Below, one piece after another: positions 32,904 through 36,309 of a stretch of 36,309 bases of DNA. Source of the stretch: Octopus sinensis. Its lineage: Eukaryota. The notes under the pieces are model-generated. The model was not told where the DNA came from, searched no databases, and saw nothing but the letters and a program-made list of their open reading frames with translations. The position numbers were made by a program, and so were the translations under genes. The stretch lies in the NCBI RefSeq assembly GCF_006345805.1, contig NW_021834044.1:1-36309 (forward strand), read 5' to 3'. The stretch's first letter is position 1; the number at the start of each line of letters is the position of its first letter.

Positions 32904-33619
32904 ACCCAGAAATCGAAAACAGAGAGTTGCTTATTTGCAAAAAAAAAAAAAAAAAAAAAAGAAATATAATGTGACTTCATTGACCGAGGTTACCGTGGTC
33001 TTTTCCGCAGGCTTTTCTTTCCACGGGTAAACCTCACCTGTCCTCCCCTTTACACTTCATATTGACATTTCTGTGATAACGATCCCTATTGATCATTTTT
33101 TTTTCCTCTCCCCCCTTTTTTTTTTTTTTTTTTTTAACCCCCCTATTTTGTCCTCTTTCTCTCCTTTTACGATCCCTTTTGATCGAACCTCCCCCTTCCT
33201 TTTTTTTTTTTTTTTTTTTTTTTTTAATACCTTCAAAAGAAAAGCTCTACTTTGTAATTTGTTCTATCTGTGTGCAGCCCTGTGTGGCTAATAAAGAAAC
33301 ATATCTATCTATCTATCTACCTATCTATCTATCTAACAATATAGTCACAGTCTCTCACACAAACCTCAAATTATTCGCCAAATTATTCGGAGAGGACATG
33401 ATGTAATAATGAAGTCCACACATCTTCGTCTAACAATTCGATCGTAAAACTGCTCATTAACGACTGATGTGGTTGTTTTGTACAACAACAACAACCACAA
33501 TATGTATACCATCACAATCATCGCCATCATCATAACCTCCCATGCCGCCACCACCACTAACACCGCTACTCTTGCGTTGTCGTCTGCTACTGTCAATGAA
33601 AGCAGACGACATCGTAATT

Positions 33620-33835
33620 TTGGTTCCAAATTTTGGCAAACGACCGGCAATTTCAGAGAGAGGGAACTAGTCGATTATTTGGTCGGTACTTATTTTTGTA
33701 TTTGGTTAGTACTTATTTTATCGACACCGATAGGACGAAAGGCATAGTCGATCTGGCCGCATTTGAGCTCAGAAGGTCAAGAGTCAGAAGAAATACCGCT
33801 AAGCATTTTGTCCCACACGCTAACGCTTATGTTAG
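33620..33835 (-). mobile_element. SINE family 2 variant, diverged
   Basis: GTCGATTAT..GGTACTTATTTTATCGACACCGA..GAAATACCGCTAAGCATTTTG. Confidence 0.75.
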
Positions 33836-33854
33836 ATCACTGCCTTAAATAATA

Positions 33855-34045
33855 TTAGCTTCATACATTGGCACAAGGCCAGCAGTTTCGTGTGAGGTGG
33901 GGAAGTCGATTACATCGCACCCCACCCCTTCTCAACTGATCCTTATTTTATCAACCCCAAAACGATTTAAGGCAAAGTTGACCTCAGCAGTATTTGGACT
34001 CAGAACGTAAAGACAGACGAAATGCCTAAATGCTAACAAGATGCT
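33855..34045 (-). mobile_element. SINE family 2 variant (GGCACAAGGCC tail), diverged
   Basis: GGAAGTCGATTACATCG..GGCAAAGTTGACCTCAGCAG..ACTCAGAACGTAAAGACAGACGAAAT. Confidence 0.8.
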
Positions 34046-34502
34046 CGCCACCACAGATTTGCTTGTCAGTTGTTTGACCTTAACCAGTTGAGCATATCCC
34101 TTAGTGGCTGACGATATGTGCATCTCTGATCACGAGCAGAAGTAGTGGGGGAGCATCATAGTGATGTGTTGAGAGGAATTCTTTGGGGTTTGAATAATTC
34201 ACCTCTGGAAACATGGGTGTTTCGTTCATCATCCTTAAACACACCTTATTCAGGGACCTTTTAAGCAGGCTAGACTACTCGACCTGAAGGAAATTTTAAT
34301 TGGGCCCCACCCCCTACAAGGTCATGCGCTGTTTATCTTGATATGAGATCACCATGTTGCGCACATAAAGTTGTGATACATGTGCTTGGTGTACCCTTAC
34401 TAGACAGGTAGTCATGATGGGTGTACTGGGCTTCGTATATTTTACCCCAGTGTTACTTTGATGGCATACACTGCTCTCTCACTCAACAACAACAACAACA
34501 AC
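34046..34502 (+). repeat. Probable interspersed repeat (retroposon 3' end) ending in a (CAA)n tail
   Basis: Resembles a common octopus repeat from memory and ends ..CTCTCTCACTCAACAACAAC. Single copy in this window, so unverified. Confidence 0.35.
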
Positions 34503-34674
34503 AAAGAAGAGCATTGTCGCTGTGAAAACAACATCCATCCATGAATTTATTTATTTATTAATTTTTAAATACATATTTTACCTGTGAATTTGCGTGTGTA
34601 ATCTGGGAATGCATACAATGCCCTTCTCTGCCCTATGTGTACGAAAAACACTCGACGAGAAATGGAAGGAAATT

Positions 34675-34675
<1 letters not shown>

Positions 34676-34729
<54 letters not shown>

Positions 34730-34751
34730 TAACAATAACAATAACAATAAT
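34676..34751. repeat. (TAA)n/(TAACAA)n microsatellite
   Basis: Direct reading. Confidence 0.97.
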
Positions 34752-35180
34752 AAAAATAGACCAGACATAACATTTATAGATAAGGAAAAGCGAAGTTGTC
34801 TACTTATCGACCCATCCTGCCCGTTTGGTTCCGGGATCGTAAAGGAAGAGGAAGAAGAAAGAAAACAAAAAAAATACAATCCCTTAAAATTCGAAATAGG
34901 AAGAATTTGGAGCAGGAGAACAGTAAAGGTGGTGCTTATGATAATTGGTGTGTTGGGGGACAGTAAGCAAATATATGGAGAAATGGCTGAAGGAGACTAA
35001 AATAGAACGTCTGGTAGAGCTCCTACTGAAAGTTTGTTTCTTGGGGACATCAAGGATTATCGGGAAGGTTCGAAGCACTTGAAAGACTGTTGAAAACTTG
35101 TTTATACCTAAGGCTACAGGTAGTAACCCGCCACCAGGAATAAGACCGAACCTGAGCCAAAGCAAAATAATAATAATAAC
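34752..35180 (+). mobile_element. RLE-type (R4/Dong/NeSL-like) non-LTR retrotransposon 3' fragment with 3' UTR and TAA tail
   Basis: NRPDITFIDKEKRSCLLIDPSCPFG..KKYNPLKFEIGRIW..IIGVLG, then after a frameshift EKWLKE..LLLKVCFLGTSRIIGKVRST* (stop 35080-35082); ends AAAATAATAATAATAAC. Confidence 0.88.
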
Positions 35181-35224
35181 AATGATATGTTCTTAATGTT
35201 AAACCCAACCAATAATAATATTAA

Positions 35225-35430
35225 TAATCCTTCTACTAAAGGCCCAAGGCGTGGAATTTTGGCGGCGGTAGGGTACTGGTCGATCATCTCCACTTATCAC
35301 CTGACTGGTTCCAATTGTATGGAGCCTGAACGGATGAAAGGCGATTTCGACATTGGTGGAATTTGACCTCAGAGCGTAAAGATGGACGAAATGCTGTTAA
35401 GCCTTTTGTCCGTCATGCTAAGGTTTCTGC
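35225..35430 (-). mobile_element. SINE family 2 variant, heavily diverged
   Basis: GGATGAAAGGCGATTTCGAC..GAATTTGACCTCAGAGCGTAAAG..GGTTTCTGCCAACTC. Confidence 0.7.
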
Positions 35431-35490
35431 CAACTCTCCACCTCAGATGTCGTCTTCATTATACATGTACAGGGTGAAACTTCAGCTTTC

Positions 35491-36081
35491 ATACCTATTT
35501 CTTTACTACCCACAAGGGGCTGAACACAGAGAGGACAAACGGATTAAGTCGGTTACATCGACCCCAGTGCGTAACTGGTACTTAATTTATCGACCCCGAA
35601 AGGTTGAAAGGCAAAGTCGACCTCGGCGGAATTTGAACTCAGAACGTAACGGCAGACGAAATACCTATTTCTTTACTACCCACAAGGGGCTATACACAGA
35701 GGGGACAAACAAGGACAGACAAATGGATTAAGTCGATTACATCGACCCCAGTGCGTAACTGGTACTTAATTTATCGACCCCGAAAGGTTGAAAGGCAAAG
35801 TCGACCTCGGCGGAATTTGAACTCAGAACGTAACGGCAGCCGAAATACCTATTTCTTTACTACCCACAAGGGGCTATACACAGAGAGGACAAACAAGGAC
35901 AGACAAATGGATTAAGTCGATTACATCGACCCCAGTGCGTAACTGGTACTTTAATTTATCGACCCCGAAAGGATGAAAGGCAAAGTCGACCTAGGCGGAA
36001 TTTGAACTCAGAAGGTAACGGCAGCCGAAATACCGCTGAGCATTTCGCCCGGCGCGCTAACGTTTCTGCCAACTCGACCTT
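35491..36081 (-). mobile_element. SINE family 2 tandem trimer (one head plus three ~184-bp bodies)
   Basis: Units start at 35491, 35661 and 35845 (the first lacks 14 bp); the head is at about 36030-36081. Confidence 0.93.
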
Positions 36082-36191
36082 CAGAAATATATGTCCCTGT
36101 CGCGCGCTTCCGGGTTGTTCAGTAGCCGGAGTACAATGTAGCTGTGGAGGCGTGGGGGAGGTTATATTTATAATAATAACGGTGGGGAACC

Positions 36192-36194
<3 letters not shown>

Positions 36195-36266
<72 letters not shown>
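36195..36266. repeat. (CA)n microsatellite
   Basis: Direct reading. Confidence 0.98.
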
Positions 36267-36268
<2 letters not shown>

Positions 36269-36309
36269 ACGCATGCACGTCAGCCATGACCTCTACTGTT
36301 TATATGTTT

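Larger units (their letters stand above)
27226..33301 (+). mobile_element. Tx1/L1-clade LINE copy B, near full length (~6.08 kb)
   Basis: Colinear with and nearly identical to copy A, starting about 15 nt further 3'. TATC on both sides; contains the 497-aa RT-bearing ORF 30156-31649. Confidence 0.95.

Noticed and set aside
34635-35000. Poly-Asn protein
   Set aside because: A TAA array read as AAT codons, fused to an RLE retrotransposon fragment.

Overview
Eukaryotic, AT-rich, microsatellite-dense DNA that is almost entirely transposable elements and simple repeats. The SINE families look like those of Octopus or a related cephalopod (recognised from memory, not database-checked). No intact host gene is demonstrable. 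The dominant feature is a very young Tx1/L1-type LINE (ORF1 with a CCHC knuckle; ORF2 with APE endonuclease, RT and C-terminal CCHC). It occurs as two ~6.1-kb near-full-length copies (18723-24784, 27226-33301), one 1.05-kb 5'-truncated copy (14527-15576) and two ~80-bp 3'-end pieces of a sister variant. Every copy sits inside a (TATC)n array in the same orientation and has no poly(A) tail, which suggests a GATA/TATC-microsatellite-targeting retrotransposon. Two fragments of a restriction-like-endonuclease LINE each abut (TAA)n arrays. Also present: Tc1, mariner and rearranged pogo transposase fossils, a hAT MITE with a perfect 8-bp TSD, three tRNA-derived SINE families (one forming tandem multimers), a 42-unit 20-bp satellite, degenerate tandem repeats, and a few phase-compatible candidate exons on the minus strand. 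Boundaries were read by eye and many are approximate.
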